The notes: generated from the letters alone by a model not told the origin. Positions 26,919 through 37,417 are shown, numbered from the stretch's first letter. The stretch is 64,000 nucleotides of DNA from Minisyncoccia bacterium (GCA_049997795.1 JBEKVT010000001.1:312241-376240); one strand, 5' to 3'. Translations and numbers: made by a program.

Positions 26919-28082
26919 ATGGAGACATTGAAGTACGAAAACCTGAGGCAGCGCCGCATCCTCATATTCTCGCTCGTATACTATCCGAACATGATCGGCG
27001 GGGCGGAGGTGGCCGTCAAGGAGATCACCGACCGCATCTTCACCAGGAAGATCATCTTCGACATGATCACCTTGGGCGAAGGCCGGCAGATGACGGAAGA
27101 AGTTGTAGGCAACGTCAACGTCTTCCGCATCTTCAAGAAGATCGGCACTGTCCAAAAGATGCTCTTCCCGTTCGCCGCCTTCTATCTTGCGACCAAGCTC
27201 AACAGCGAGCGTCCCTATGATGCCGTCTGGTCCATCATGGCAAGCTACGCCGGCCTCTCCGGAGTCTTGTTCAAAAAGGCCCATAAGGACGTCCCGTTCA
27301 TCCTGACCGTCCAAGAAGGCGACCATTTCGAACGGCGCGAAGGGCTGTTCGGCCCGATGTTCCGGATGATCTTCAAGGCTGCCGACCGCATCCAGGCCAT
27401 CTCCGCATTCCTAGCGGATTGGTCGAAAAAGATGGGGGCCAAATGCCCGATCACGGTCATCCCGAACGGCGTCGATTACGAGGCCTTCTCGAAGCCCATC
27501 GACGAAGCGACCAGGCATAGGCTCCGGTCCGATGACGGCTTCGCCGACTCGGACAAGGTCATCCTGACGACGGGCCGCTTGGTCGACAAGAACGCCGTCG
27601 ATGACATCATCAAGTCCCTCCAATATCTGGACGGATCGTACAAGCTGGCCATCTATGGGGCAGGCGAGAACGAGACCGAGCTCCGGGACCTCGCCGCCGA
27701 GCTCCAGGTCTCCGAGCGCGTCTTCTTCATGGGCTTCGTGCCGCACTCGGCTCTTCCCGACTGCCTTAAGGCCGCCGACGTCTTCGTCAGGCCCTCCCGC
27801 ACCGAGGGCCTCGGCAACTCTTTCCTCGAGGCCATGGCCGCCGGCACTCCCGTCGTCGGCACGCCCGTGGGCGGCATCCCGGATTTCTTGACTGACGGCG
27901 AGACCGGCCTCCTTTGCGAAGCCGACAACCCGAGATCGATAGCCCAAAAGATCGAGAAGTTCGTCAAAGACGGCGAGTCCCGCGGATACATCGTGAGGAA
28001 AGCGCGGGAGATGGTGGCCGAAAGATACCGATGGGAAGGCATCGCCGCCAGGATGGAAGCCATCCTCGAAATGCGCGGCTAG
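26919..28082 (+). CDS. glycosyltransferase family 4
   Basis: GT-B fold, C-terminal EGLGNSFLEAMAAGTPVVGTPVGGIPDF motif (E-x7-E region). Confidence 0.75.
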   Translation: METLKYENLRQRRILIFSLVYYPNMIGGAEVAVKEITDRIFTRKIIFDMITLGEGRQMTEEVVGNVNVFRIFKKIGTVQKMLFPFAAFYLATKLNSERPYDAVWSIMASYAGLSGVLFKKAHKDVPFILTVQEGDHFERREGLFGPMFRMIFKAADRIQAISAFLADWSKKMGAKCPITVIPNGVDYEAFSKPIDEATRHRLRSDDGFADSDKVILTTGRLVDKNAVDDIIKSLQYLDGSYKLAIYGAGENETELRDLAAELQVSERVFFMGFVPHSALPDCLKAADVFVRPSRTEGLGNSFLEAMAAGTPVVGTPVGGIPDFLTDGETGLLCEADNPRSIAQKIEKFVKDGESRGYIVRKAREMVAERYRWEGIAARMEAILEMRG

Positions 28083-28105
28083 CGGAATGTGGTAGACTCT
28101 CTTCC

Positions 28106-29149
28106 ATGAGGATCCTAATCGCCTCCGGCATATACCCGCCAGACATCGGCGGATCCGCCCAATACGCTTATAACCTATATGAGACCTGGAAACGGCAGGG
28201 CCACCAGGTCAAGGTCGCCGCATACCGCTGGGAGAGGGCCGTGCCGTCGCCCTTGAGCAATCTCCTCTATCTCACCAAGGTCCTGAGGAAGGCCTGGCGG
28301 GCCGACCTTGTGCTCGTCCTAGACACATGGAGCGCCGCGGTGCCGGCCATGATGGCCTGTGCCATCCTGAGGAAAAGATATATCCTCCGGACCGGCGGCG
28401 ACAGGCTGTGGGAGGCATACGCGGAACGGACCGGCGAACCGGTCCTATTCAAGGATTTTTACGCCTCGAAGATCGACCCGGCGCTCAGCCGATTGTCATC
28501 CAAGGAAAGGATGATATGGAAATACGGCGGCATGGCCTTGCGCAAGGCGGCTGCCGTCATCTTCAGCACCGAGTGGCAGAGGCAGACTTTCGAGAAGGCC
28601 TACGGCCTCTCTCCCAAGAAGACATCCATCGTCGAGAATTTCTACGGCCGGAAAGAGAAGCCTTCGGAACCGGCCGGCCGGGCCTTCGTCTCCGGCGCGC
28701 GCGAGATCAAGTTGAAGAACGCCGATCGGCTGAAGAGCGCTTTCAAGACGGCCAGGGCCGAAGCCGCGAGGAAGGGCTTCGCCGACATCGACCTCGATAC
28801 CGGCAAGGCCGTATACGATAATTTCGTCGAGAAGATACGCCGGGCTTACGCGGTCGTCGTGCCGTCGCTCTCGGAGATGAGCCCGAACATGGCGCTGGAC
28901 GCTATCCGCACCGGCACCCCATTCATCCTGACCAAGGAGACCGGCATCGCCGATAGGGTCAAGGATGTCGCCGTCTTCATCGATCCCTTGGATGAGCGCG
29001 ACATAGCGGACAAGATCCTCTGGATGGCCGATCCCCTCAATCGGGCGGCGCAAGCCGAGAAGATCGAGCGCTTCTCCTTCGAGCATTCCTGGGAGGAGAT
29101 CGCGAGGGAGATAATCAAAGTCGCCAAGAGGACTGCCTATAGATCATGA
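28106..29149 (+). CDS. glycosyltransferase (GT4-like)
   Basis: Start moved to MRILIASGIYPPDIGGSAQYA (28106); the track ORF extends upstream into the previous gene. GT-B architecture. Confidence 0.6.
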   Translation: MRILIASGIYPPDIGGSAQYAYNLYETWKRQGHQVKVAAYRWERAVPSPLSNLLYLTKVLRKAWRADLVLVLDTWSAAVPAMMACAILRKRYILRTGGDRLWEAYAERTGEPVLFKDFYASKIDPALSRLSSKERMIWKYGGMALRKAAAVIFSTEWQRQTFEKAYGLSPKKTSIVENFYGRKEKPSEPAGRAFVSGAREIKLKNADRLKSAFKTARAEAARKGFADIDLDTGKAVYDNFVEKIRRAYAVVVPSLSEMSPNMALDAIRTGTPFILTKETGIADRVKDVAVFIDPLDERDIADKILWMADPLNRAAQAEKIERFSFEHSWEEIAREIIKVAKRTAYRS

Positions 29150-30168
29150 CGGACGCCGCGGACCAAAGGCCGAGAAGGCTCCTTTCGATCGGCACCGACC
29201 GGTCGATATTCGAGGAAGGCAGCGCCGTCCGCCTGAGGCAGATCGAATACGCCAAGAAGTGGGACGAGGTCCATATCGTCGTCTTCGCCGGCCGGGACTT
29301 CACGGAACAGCAGATCTCTGCGGATTGCTTCATCTATCCGACGCGCTCCGGATCCAAGCCGCTCTATCCCTTAGGCGCCATGAAGCTCGGCCGCTCCATC
29401 ATAAGGAGCCGCGGCATCACGGACATAACCTGTCAGGACGCTTCGTTCACGGCCATGGCCGGCGCCTATCTTGCGAAACGGTTCGGCCTGCCGTTCGAGA
29501 TCCAGGTGCACGAGGACATCGGCAGCCCGCGCTACGCTTTCAATATGAAGAACAGGATCCGCAAGGCCCTGGCCGCGAGGTACGTGCGCAGGGCCGATAC
29601 GATCCGAGTCGTCTCCGAGCGCATCAAGAGATATCTCGTCGGGGCCCTGGGCGTCGAAGAGCGGAAGATAACGGTCAGGCCGATCGTTGTCGATACGGGC
29701 CTCATCAGGGCCGCGCCGGTCATCCCGTCGGCCGACCTCCGCAAGAAGTACCCGCAGTTCCAGAAGATCGTCCTCATGGCCTCGCGGCTGGAGCCTGAGA
29801 AGAATATTTTGCTTGCGATCGCTTCATGGCCGGAAGTCATGAAGCGCTTCCCGGGAGCGGGCTTGGTGATCGTCGGCAGGGGAAGCGAGCGGCCGGAGCT
29901 CGAGGCCGCCGTCTCTAGGTCCGACCTCGCCCTTGCGATCGTCTTCGAGGACTGGGCCGACAAGGCGACGCTCTACTCGTACTACAAGACCGCCGACCTC
30001 TTCCTGAACACTTCCATCTTCGAGGGCTACGGCATGGCTTTGGTCGAAGCGCTTGCAGCCGGTTGCAAGGCCGTTTCGACCGACGTCGGCGCCGCCCGGG
30101 AATCCGGAGCGATCATGACCGAACCGGACCCCCAAGATGTTGCTAAAACGCTAATCAGAGCGTTATAA
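29146..30168 (+). CDS. glycosyltransferase family 4
   Basis: FEGYGMALVEALAAGCKAVSTDVG GT4 C-terminal motif. Confidence 0.7.
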   Translation: MTDAADQRPRRLLSIGTDRSIFEEGSAVRLRQIEYAKKWDEVHIVVFAGRDFTEQQISADCFIYPTRSGSKPLYPLGAMKLGRSIIRSRGITDITCQDASFTAMAGAYLAKRFGLPFEIQVHEDIGSPRYAFNMKNRIRKALAARYVRRADTIRVVSERIKRYLVGALGVEERKITVRPIVVDTGLIRAAPVIPSADLRKKYPQFQKIVLMASRLEPEKNILLAIASWPEVMKRFPGAGLVIVGRGSERPELEAAVSRSDLALAIVFEDWADKATLYSYYKTADLFLNTSIFEGYGMALVEALAAGCKAVSTDVGAARESGAIMTEPDPQDVAKTLIRAL

Positions 30169-30177
30169 TGCCCGACT

Positions 30178-31062
30178 ATGAAAAAACCCGGAAAATCGGG
30201 AAAACCGCTCATCGGCTTCATCGGCCAGGGCTGGGTAGGCAGGAGCTATGCCGATGATTTCGAGGCTCGCGGCCACGCCATAGTGCGCTACGGCCTGGAA
30301 GCGCCTCACAAGGATAATAAGGCGAAGATCGCCCTCTGTGACATCGTCTTCATCGCCGTACCGACCCCGACCACGCCGCAAGGCTTCGATGACAGCGCCA
30401 TCCGCGCCGTCCTGCCGCTAGTCGGGAAAGGCAGGATCGCCGTCATCAAATCGACCCTGGTCATGGGCCGGACCAAGCTGCTCCAGAAGGCTCACCCCGA
30501 CATACTCCTCCTCCATTCCCCCGAATTCCTGAGCGAATCGACGGCCGCCCATGACGCCGCCAATCCCCACAGGAACATCATCGGCATACCGCGAAAGACG
30601 GAAGCCCACAGGAAGGCGGCGGAGATCGTCCTTGCCGTCCTGCCCAAGTCTCCCTATGAGATGATATGCTCTTCCGACGAAGCCGAATTCATCAAATACT
30701 CGCATAACGTGCACGGCTACATCCAGGTTGTCTTTTCGAACATCCTCTATGACCTGGCTAAGCCGTTCGGCCTCGACTGGGAAACGCTTTCCGAGGCCAT
30801 CAAGGCCGACCCGATGATGTCGCACCACCGGTATATGAATCCGGTCCACAAGAAGGGCCGAGGCGCCGGCGGCCACTGCTTCATCAAGGACTTCGAAGCC
30901 TTCGTCGCCCTGACGCGCGCCGCCCTGCCTGACAAGAAGACCATCGCCATGCTCGAAGCCATCCGCGACAAGAATATCGATCTTTTGCTCGGCTCCGGCA
31001 AGGATGTCGACCTCCTGGAAGGCGTCTACGGCAAGGCCGTCACGGCCCGTCGCCTTAAATAA
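30178..31062 (+). CDS. UDP-glucose/GDP-mannose dehydrogenase family protein, short form lacking the C-terminal UDP-binding domain
   Basis: 294 aa; N-terminal IGFIGQGWVG Rossmann, NPEFL-type segment HSPEFLSEST, catalytic-Cys segment GAGGHCFIKD. The family is normally ~400-450 aa. Confidence 0.55.
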   Translation: MKKPGKSGKPLIGFIGQGWVGRSYADDFEARGHAIVRYGLEAPHKDNKAKIALCDIVFIAVPTPTTPQGFDDSAIRAVLPLVGKGRIAVIKSTLVMGRTKLLQKAHPDILLLHSPEFLSESTAAHDAANPHRNIIGIPRKTEAHRKAAEIVLAVLPKSPYEMICSSDEAEFIKYSHNVHGYIQVVFSNILYDLAKPFGLDWETLSEAIKADPMMSHHRYMNPVHKKGRGAGGHCFIKDFEAFVALTRAALPDKKTIAMLEAIRDKNIDLLLGSGKDVDLLEGVYGKAVTARRLK

Positions 31063-31065
31063 GCC

Positions 31066-31512
31066 ATGCCGGGCCGGTTCGCCATAACTTATTCCGCCCT
31101 CGACGAACGCTACCCGGCCCAGATGAGATTCCTGCGCTTCCTCATATCGGGAGGCACGGCCGCCGTCGTCGATCTCCTCTTCCTGTATGTCCTCACGGAC
31201 GGCATCCATATGTGGTATCTGCTCTCGAGCGTCCTGGCCTTCCTGGCGGCCTTCTCGGTGAGCTTCACTCTGCAGAAGCGCTGGACCTTCCGCGACCGCT
31301 CGAACGACCGCCTGCATGTCCAAGCTCCGGTCTACTTCGCCATAACGGCCGTCAACCTCGGCCTCAACACCCTGCTCATGTACGCCTTCGTCCATTACTT
31401 CGGGATCCAGTATATGGTCTCGCAGATCATAGTCGGAGCCCTGATCGCCGTCGAGAGCTATTTCGCCTATAAGATGCTCGTGTTCAGGGCCCCGTCGCTA
31501 CCGCCGTCATGA
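31066..31512 (+). CDS. GtrA-family membrane protein
   Basis: 148 aa, 4 TM; RFLRFLISGGTAAVVDLLFLY typical GtrA N-terminus. Confidence 0.7.
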   Translation: MPGRFAITYSALDERYPAQMRFLRFLISGGTAAVVDLLFLYVLTDGIHMWYLLSSVLAFLAAFSVSFTLQKRWTFRDRSNDRLHVQAPVYFAITAVNLGLNTLLMYAFVHYFGIQYMVSQIIVGALIAVESYFAYKMLVFRAPSLPPS

Positions 31513-32561
31513 AGATACTCATAGTCACCCAAAAGATCGACAAGAATGACGGCTATTTCGGCTTTTTCCATGACTGGCTCATAGAGTTCGCCAAAAGATG
31601 CGAGCGGGTGACAGCGATAGGCCTAGAAGTCGGCGCCTACGATCTGCCGGGAAACGTCAAAGTCTATTCGCTCGGCAAGGAAGCCGGCCGGTCGCGTTTG
31701 AAATACGCCTATCGTCTCCTGGCTTATTCGTGGCGAGAGAGGAAAGATTACGACGCGGTCTTCGTGCATATGAACCCGCCTTACCTCATCGTCGGCGGCT
31801 GGCTCTGGAGGCTGCTCGGCAAGAAGATCGGCTTTTGGTACTTGCACCGCAACGTCGACCTGAAGCTCCGTATCGCCGCCGTCCTGGCCGACGATATCTT
31901 CTCGGCCGCGCCCGAGAGCTTCCGCCTGAAGAGCAAGAAGATCCATTTCATGGGCCAGGCCGTGCCGCTTCCAAGATACGCCAGGCCGGCCGGATTCAAA
32001 AGATCGTCCGGAGAGCCGTTCACGATCGTCTCGGTCGGGCGCATCACGCCCATCAAGAATCTCGATACGCTCATCGAGGCCGCGTCTATTTTGAGAGGCC
32101 GGGGCGTGGCCGTACGCGTCGATCTCGTCGGCGAACCGGTGACGCCGGCCGACCAGGAATATAAGGAGGGATTGGTCGAGCTCATAGATAAGAAAAGCCT
32201 CGGCCCGACCATGAATTTTGTCGGCAGCGTGCCGAACAAGGACATCCCATCCTGGTATTGGAAGAGCGACTTGTCGGTCAATCTCTGCCCGACGGGCGGG
32301 CTCGACAAGGCGGTGCTCGAGTCCATGGCCGCCGGCACGCCTGTCATGGCGTCGAACGAAGCTTTCAGGGAATACTTCGGCGGATATGGAGGCCGGATGA
32401 TGTTCAAGGAACGCGACCCGGCCGACCTGGTCGCCAAGCTGGAAGCCTTCATGAGAGCCGGCGACAAAGCCGCCATCGCGTCCAAACTGCTCGCGGAAGC
32501 CCAAAAAAGGTCCAGCCTCTCGGCGCTCGTAGGGAAGATAGTGGAGATATTAGGCAAATGA
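31509..32561 (+). CDS. glycosyltransferase family 4
   Basis: GGLDKAVLESMAAGTPVMAS GT4 motif. Confidence 0.7.
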   Translation: MKILIVTQKIDKNDGYFGFFHDWLIEFAKRCERVTAIGLEVGAYDLPGNVKVYSLGKEAGRSRLKYAYRLLAYSWRERKDYDAVFVHMNPPYLIVGGWLWRLLGKKIGFWYLHRNVDLKLRIAAVLADDIFSAAPESFRLKSKKIHFMGQAVPLPRYARPAGFKRSSGEPFTIVSVGRITPIKNLDTLIEAASILRGRGVAVRVDLVGEPVTPADQEYKEGLVELIDKKSLGPTMNFVGSVPNKDIPSWYWKSDLSVNLCPTGGLDKAVLESMAAGTPVMASNEAFREYFGGYGGRMMFKERDPADLVAKLEAFMRAGDKAAIASKLLAEAQKRSSLSALVGKIVEILGK

Positions 32562-32640
32562 AGGCCAGCCGACTGGCGATCGCCGAGAATATCGTCCGCG
32601 TGCTCTCCGAGGCCTAACCTGCTACATTAATAGTGCGCTT

Positions 32641-33258
32641 ATGGCCCAAGTCGACAAGAAAAGCTATAGTCTTCGCGGTTATTCCCAGCCGGAGCGTTGG
32701 GTAAGCTACGGCTCCCAGCTCCGGACGGCCCTCGACCTCGAGCCCGAAAGCGTCCTGGAAGTCGGGGTCGGAGACAAGGTGTTCGGCAGCTATATAAAGA
32801 ACAATACAAATATCTCTTACAAGAGCGTCGACATCGCCCTCGATCTCGCTCCGGATATCGTAGGCGACGTCCTCAAGCTCCCGTGCGCCGACCGGTCATT
32901 CGACGTCGTCTGCGCCTTCGAGGTCCTGGAGCATGTGCCATTCGCCGATCTCGACCGGGCCTTGGGCGAGCTCGACCGGGTCTCGCGCCGCCATGCCGTC
33001 ATAAGCCTGCCGCATTTCGGGCCGCCGGTCCGATTCCTCCTCAAGCTGCCGTTCTTGCCTTACTTCCGTCTGGCTTTCAAGCTGCCGTATCCGAAGGAGC
33101 ATGCCTTCAACGGCCAGCACTACTGGGAGATGGGGAAGCGGGGCTATCCGGCACGGAAGGTGAGAGAGATCATCCGCCGCCATTTCCAGATCCGCCGGGA
33201 ATTCGTGCCGTTCGGGAGCCCGTACCATCATTTTTTCGTGCTCGATAAGAGATCATGA
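32641..33258 (+). CDS. class I SAM-dependent methyltransferase
   Basis: Motif I VLEVGVGDK and post-I DVVCAFEVLEHV (Methyltransf_11-like). Confidence 0.65.
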   Translation: MAQVDKKSYSLRGYSQPERWVSYGSQLRTALDLEPESVLEVGVGDKVFGSYIKNNTNISYKSVDIALDLAPDIVGDVLKLPCADRSFDVVCAFEVLEHVPFADLDRALGELDRVSRRHAVISLPHFGPPVRFLLKLPFLPYFRLAFKLPYPKEHAFNGQHYWEMGKRGYPARKVREIIRRHFQIRREFVPFGSPYHHFFVLDKRS

Positions 33259-34025
33259 AGCGATTCATCAAAGACGGCCTGTTCACCCTGCTCAACGCCT
33301 TTTCCGGCGGCCTGGACGGCCGGGCCAGCATCCTCATGTACCATGCCGTGGCGAAAGACGACAGATTCTTCACTGTGGAGCCGGAGGCCTTCGAGCGACA
33401 GCTCTCATATCTCAAAAAGAACGGCCTCGAGATCGTGAAGCTCTCTCGGCTCTTGGACAAGATGGCGAAAGGACAAGCTGTCTCCCGCTCCGTCGTGCTC
33501 TCGTTCGACGACGGATATCGTGACAACTATGCGACCGTCTTCCCGCTCCTCAAGAAGTACGGCTTCCAGGCCACGATCTTCGTCGTGACCGGCTCTTTGG
33601 GCAAGAAGCCCGGGATGATGTCCGAATCCCAGATCCGCGAGATGCAGACGAGCGGTCTGGTCGAATTCATGCCGCATAGCAGGAGCCATCACGATCTCGA
33701 CCGTCTGCCTTTGGCCGAAGCGGCCCGCGAGATCGAGGCGTCCAGAGACGATCTGGAGATGCTTTTGGGCGGCCCGGCCGATATCTTTGCTTATCCCCGC
33801 GGGCGCTTCACGCCGGAGCTGGAACAGTATCTCCGATCCCATTCCTTCCGCGCGGCCGTGACCGTGGAAGAAGGGCTGGTGACCCTGAAGACGGATCCTT
33901 TCCGTCTGCCGAGGAATTCTATCGACAGCACTACCACCGATATACAATTCAGAGGCAAGGTCTCCGGCGCTATCTCGCTGTATGTCCGCTTCAAGGCCTT
34001 TTTCAAACCAAAGCGCCATGTCTGA
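33255..34025 (+). CDS. polysaccharide deacetylase (NodB homology domain)
   Basis: SFDDGY catalytic motif, HSRSHHDL His motif. Confidence 0.7.
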   Translation: MKRFIKDGLFTLLNAFSGGLDGRASILMYHAVAKDDRFFTVEPEAFERQLSYLKKNGLEIVKLSRLLDKMAKGQAVSRSVVLSFDDGYRDNYATVFPLLKKYGFQATIFVVTGSLGKKPGMMSESQIREMQTSGLVEFMPHSRSHHDLDRLPLAEAAREIEASRDDLEMLLGGPADIFAYPRGRFTPELEQYLRSHSFRAAVTVEEGLVTLKTDPFRLPRNSIDSTTTDIQFRGKVSGAISLYVRFKAFFKPKRHV

Positions 34026-34656
34026 TTTCATCCGACAGGTATTCGCAGGGAAGACGATCGGGCGCATCCTCTTCAACCGGCAGGCGGCCCTCCGGTGCAA
34101 GGATTTGAAGGGCGAGGTCCTCGATGCCGCCGGAGGCGGCGGGGGAAGCTATCTCCGCTATATCCCGAATGATGCGGCCGTGACCCGCGTCGACGCCAAG
34201 GGTGGCCCGGGCGTCGACAAGGTCATAGATCTCAACAAGAAGCTGCCTTTCGTCGACCGCTCGTTCGATGCCATCCTATTTTTCAATGCCATCTATATCA
34301 TTCGCGATCGCAAACAGCTTTTTCAGGAATTCAGGCGCATCCTCAAAGATGCCGGTGCTTTGTTCCTCTCTTCGTCCTTCATATATAATGAGATGCCCGA
34401 GCCCCACGATTACTGCCGTTTGACCAAAGAAGGCCTGGAGGAAGAGCTCCACAGCGCGGGCTTCGCCGATGTAAGCGTATGGCGCTACGGCGAGCGCTTC
34501 ACCGCCGCGGCCTCTCTCTTGTCTCCGTTCTTTGTTTTCAATACTATCCGTTTGTTCGCCTATTCTTTGGCCGTCTTGGCCGACCGCTGCATACCCGGGT
34601 CTCTCAAAGAAAGGCATCCCGCTCCGCTCGGATACTTCTCGATAGCCCGCAAATGA
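34018..34656 (+). CDS. class I SAM-dependent methyltransferase
   Basis: VLDAAGGGGGSY motif I, FDAILFFNAIYII motif; start set to MSDFIRQVF (34018). Confidence 0.55.
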   Translation: MSDFIRQVFAGKTIGRILFNRQAALRCKDLKGEVLDAAGGGGGSYLRYIPNDAAVTRVDAKGGPGVDKVIDLNKKLPFVDRSFDAILFFNAIYIIRDRKQLFQEFRRILKDAGALFLSSSFIYNEMPEPHDYCRLTKEGLEEELHSAGFADVSVWRYGERFTAAASLLSPFFVFNTIRLFAYSLAVLADRCIPGSLKERHPAPLGYFSIARK

Positions 34657-34672
34657 CCAGCCATCCGATCGC

Positions 34673-35815
34673 ATGAAAATAATCTACCTAGCCAATGCCA
34701 GGATCCCGACCGAGAAAGCGCACGGCGTGCAGATCATGAAGATGTGCGAGGCCTTCGCGGCCGAGGGCCACGCGGTCGAGCTCGTCCTGCCTCGGCGGTT
34801 CAACCAGGTCGCCGACGACCCGTTCGCCTATTACGGCGTTCCGCGCTCTTTTTCCATACGCAAGATCGGCAACGTCGACCTCGTCTCTCTGGGCAAGATC
34901 GGCTTCGCCATACAGGCGGTGACCTTTTCCATCCGCGCCCTTTTCGATGTCTGTGGCAAGAAAGAAGCGATCGTCTATTCCAGGGACGCCGTGCCGCTAT
35001 TCTTCCTGAGCTTCTTCCGGATGCCGTTCTATTGGGAAGCCCATGTGAGCCACTATAACTTCATGGTCCGGCGAGTCCTCCGGAAGGCCAAGGGCGTCAT
35101 CGCCATAAGCGGCGGCCTTCGGGACCTCTTCGTGGGGAAGGGCGCCGATCTAGGCAAGTTCCTTCTCGCTCCCGACAGCATCGACGGGAATATCCTCCTG
35201 GACCCTACGGACAAGCGCGAGCTCCGCGCCAAACTAGGCCTGCCGCAAGACCGCACGATCGTCGGCTACGTGGGCAAGTACCGGACGATGGGGAAGGAAA
35301 AGGGCGTCGGGGAGCTCATCAAAGTCTTTGGCGAGATCGCTTCTCATTTCCCCAAGGCGCACCTGCTCTTGGTCGGCATCAATCCCTCCGAGATGGCCGA
35401 AGTGAAGGATGTCCTCGCGGAGAATGCCGTCGCGCCGGAACGATTCGAAATAGTCGGCCACGTCAAACAGGAGCAGGCCATGAGATACATAAAAGCTGCG
35501 GACGTCCTCGTCATGAATTATCCGGATACGCCGCATTACGCGCTCTATATGTCTCCGCTCAAGCTGTTCGAGTACATGGCCTCAGGGAATCCGATCGTCA
35601 CGACCGATCTCCCCAGCGTGCGCGAGATCCTCGATGAGAAGAGCGCCTTCTTCGCGCCGGCGGACGATCACCGCGCCTTACGCGAAGCCATCGAGAAGGC
35701 CATCCTGCATCCTGAAGAAGGCGCTATCCTGGCAAGGCGGGCTCTTGAAGAGGTCAAGAAGTACACCTGGCAGAAGCGAGCGGCCGCGATCACGAGTTTT
35801 ATTTCCGGCCGATAA
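34673..35815 (+). CDS. glycosyltransferase family 4
   Basis: GT-B fold; EYMASGNPIVTTDLPSVREI C-terminal motif. Confidence 0.7.
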   Translation: MKIIYLANARIPTEKAHGVQIMKMCEAFAAEGHAVELVLPRRFNQVADDPFAYYGVPRSFSIRKIGNVDLVSLGKIGFAIQAVTFSIRALFDVCGKKEAIVYSRDAVPLFFLSFFRMPFYWEAHVSHYNFMVRRVLRKAKGVIAISGGLRDLFVGKGADLGKFLLAPDSIDGNILLDPTDKRELRAKLGLPQDRTIVGYVGKYRTMGKEKGVGELIKVFGEIASHFPKAHLLLVGINPSEMAEVKDVLAENAVAPERFEIVGHVKQEQAMRYIKAADVLVMNYPDTPHYALYMSPLKLFEYMASGNPIVTTDLPSVREILDEKSAFFAPADDHRALREAIEKAILHPEEGAILARRALEEVKKYTWQKRAAAITSFISGR

Positions 35816-35834
35816 ACTGATAAGCTGATAGACC

Positions 35835-36548
35835 ATGGATAACGCAAGCCGCACGATGGTCGTGATACCTACCTATAACGAGGCGGCGAACGTAGGCCCG
35901 CTCATCGACAGGATATTCGAATTGGTGCCGGACGTAAGAGTCATGGTCGTCGACGACAATTCGCCCGACGGCACCGGTTCGATAGTCGCCGGCCTCTCGA
36001 AGCGGGATAAGCGAGTTAAGCTCTTTTCGAGGAAAGGCAAGGAAGGCCTCGGCAAGGCTTATATCGCGGCATTCGAGGCGATCTTGAAGGATCAGTCAGT
36101 CGGGTCGGTCTTGATGATGGACGCCGATTTCTCCCATGATCCTGAATATATTCCTCCGATGCTCGCGCGCGGCCTTGAAGCCAGCCTGGTCGTGGGGTCG
36201 CGATACGTCTCCCAAGGCCGCACGGAGGGCTGGGAGCTATGGCGCCGAGCCCTGTCCCGCTGGGGCAATCGATATGCCCGTCTGGTCACCGGCCTCCCAA
36301 TACGCGATTGCACGGGCGGTTTCAATCTCATAAGCCTGGATCTGTTGAGGAAGATAGACCTGAAGGCGATAGACATGTCCGGCTATGCTTTCATAATCGA
36401 GCTGAAATACTTGCTTTTCCGGGCCGGAGCCTCGGTCGCTGAAGTCCCCATCGTCTTCCGGAATCGCAGGGAAGGAGAGTCGAAGATATCCGGGCACATA
36501 GTGAGCGAAGGGGTGATCGCACCATGGAAAATGAGGCTAAAAAAGTGA
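35835..36548 (+). CDS. glycosyltransferase family 2, polyprenol-phosphate hexosyltransferase (Dpm1/PpgS-like)
   Basis: VVIPTYNEAANV, DDNSPDGT (DxD), MDADFSHDP motifs characteristic of Dpm1-like GT2. Confidence 0.75.
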   Translation: MDNASRTMVVIPTYNEAANVGPLIDRIFELVPDVRVMVVDDNSPDGTGSIVAGLSKRDKRVKLFSRKGKEGLGKAYIAAFEAILKDQSVGSVLMMDADFSHDPEYIPPMLARGLEASLVVGSRYVSQGRTEGWELWRRALSRWGNRYARLVTGLPIRDCTGGFNLISLDLLRKIDLKAIDMSGYAFIIELKYLLFRAGASVAEVPIVFRNRREGESKISGHIVSEGVIAPWKMRLKK

Positions 36549-37417
36549 ATCCGGGGGCGAAACCGGCCTGTCCGATCTGTTTTCTCTTGGGCGCTGATCT
36601 CTATACGGAGAAGAACGGCCGGCTCTTGTATCGTTGCCGCGGCTGCCGGCTCATCTTCATGCACCCGGTGCCCGCCGACGTCTCGGAGATATATTCCGAA
36701 GATTACTTCGGGGGCGCGCGCAAGGGCTTCGGCTATGTCGATTACGACGCGGACAAGATCCCCATGATACCGACCTTCGAGCGATATCTCGGATTGATCG
36801 AGGATAGGCGCCCAGGAAAAGGGCGGCTGCTCGATGTAGGAGCGGCGACCGGCTTCTTCATGCAGATCGCAGAGAAGCGCGGCTGGCGGACATCTGGCGT
36901 GGAGATCTCGCCGCATGCCACGGCCGTAGGCGTCCGCAAGGGCCTCCATATCGAGACGGGGACGCTTTCCGCCCTCGATCTCCCGAAGGGATCTTTCGAC
37001 GCGATCACCATGTTCGACGTCATAGAGCATTTCACTGATCCCTTGGCGGAAGTCGCTGCTGCCGCGCGCCTTCTCAAGCCGGGCGGCCTTCTGGTCGTGA
37101 ATACGCCGGATGCCGGCAGCGTCTGGGCGCGCCTTCTCGGCCGGCGCTGGCACCTTCTGGTCCCTCCGGAGCACATCCATTATTTCACGGCGGATAATCT
37201 CGGCCGCGTATTGAGAGCCAACGGCTTCTCCGTCGATCTCCGCACGAAGATCGGCAAGCGGTTCACCCTGCCGTATGTCTTCAAGATGCTTTACAGCTGG
37301 CAAGGCTGGCCCTTATGGCGCCGCATATATGAGAGCTCGAAAGGGAGCCGGATCGGCTCGTTGTCGATGCCGATCGATCTGCGCGACAATCTCTTCATGA
37401 TCGCCGTGAAAGCATGA
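36524..37417 (+). CDS. SAM-dependent methyltransferase with N-terminal Cys4 zinc ribbon
   Basis: CPIC...CRGC ribbon; LLDVGAATG motif I; FDAITMFDVIEH. Confidence 0.6.
   Translation: MENEAKKVNPGAKPACPICFLLGADLYTEKNGRLLYRCRGCRLIFMHPVPADVSEIYSEDYFGGARKGFGYVDYDADKIPMIPTFERYLGLIEDRRPGKGRLLDVGAATGFFMQIAEKRGWRTSGVEISPHATAVGVRKGLHIETGTLSALDLPKGSFDAITMFDVIEHFTDPLAEVAAAARLLKPGGLLVVNTPDAGSVWARLLGRRWHLLVPPEHIHYFTADNLGRVLRANGFSVDLRTKIGKRFTLPYVFKMLYSWQGWPLWRRIYESSKGSRIGSLSMPIDLRDNLFMIAVKA

Noticed and set aside
30418-33526. Long antisense ORFs across the GT4, methyltransferase and deacetylase genes (30418-31395, 31623-32504, 33405-34100)
   Set aside because: All lie opposite genes with clear family motifs. 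The sense genes are preferred.
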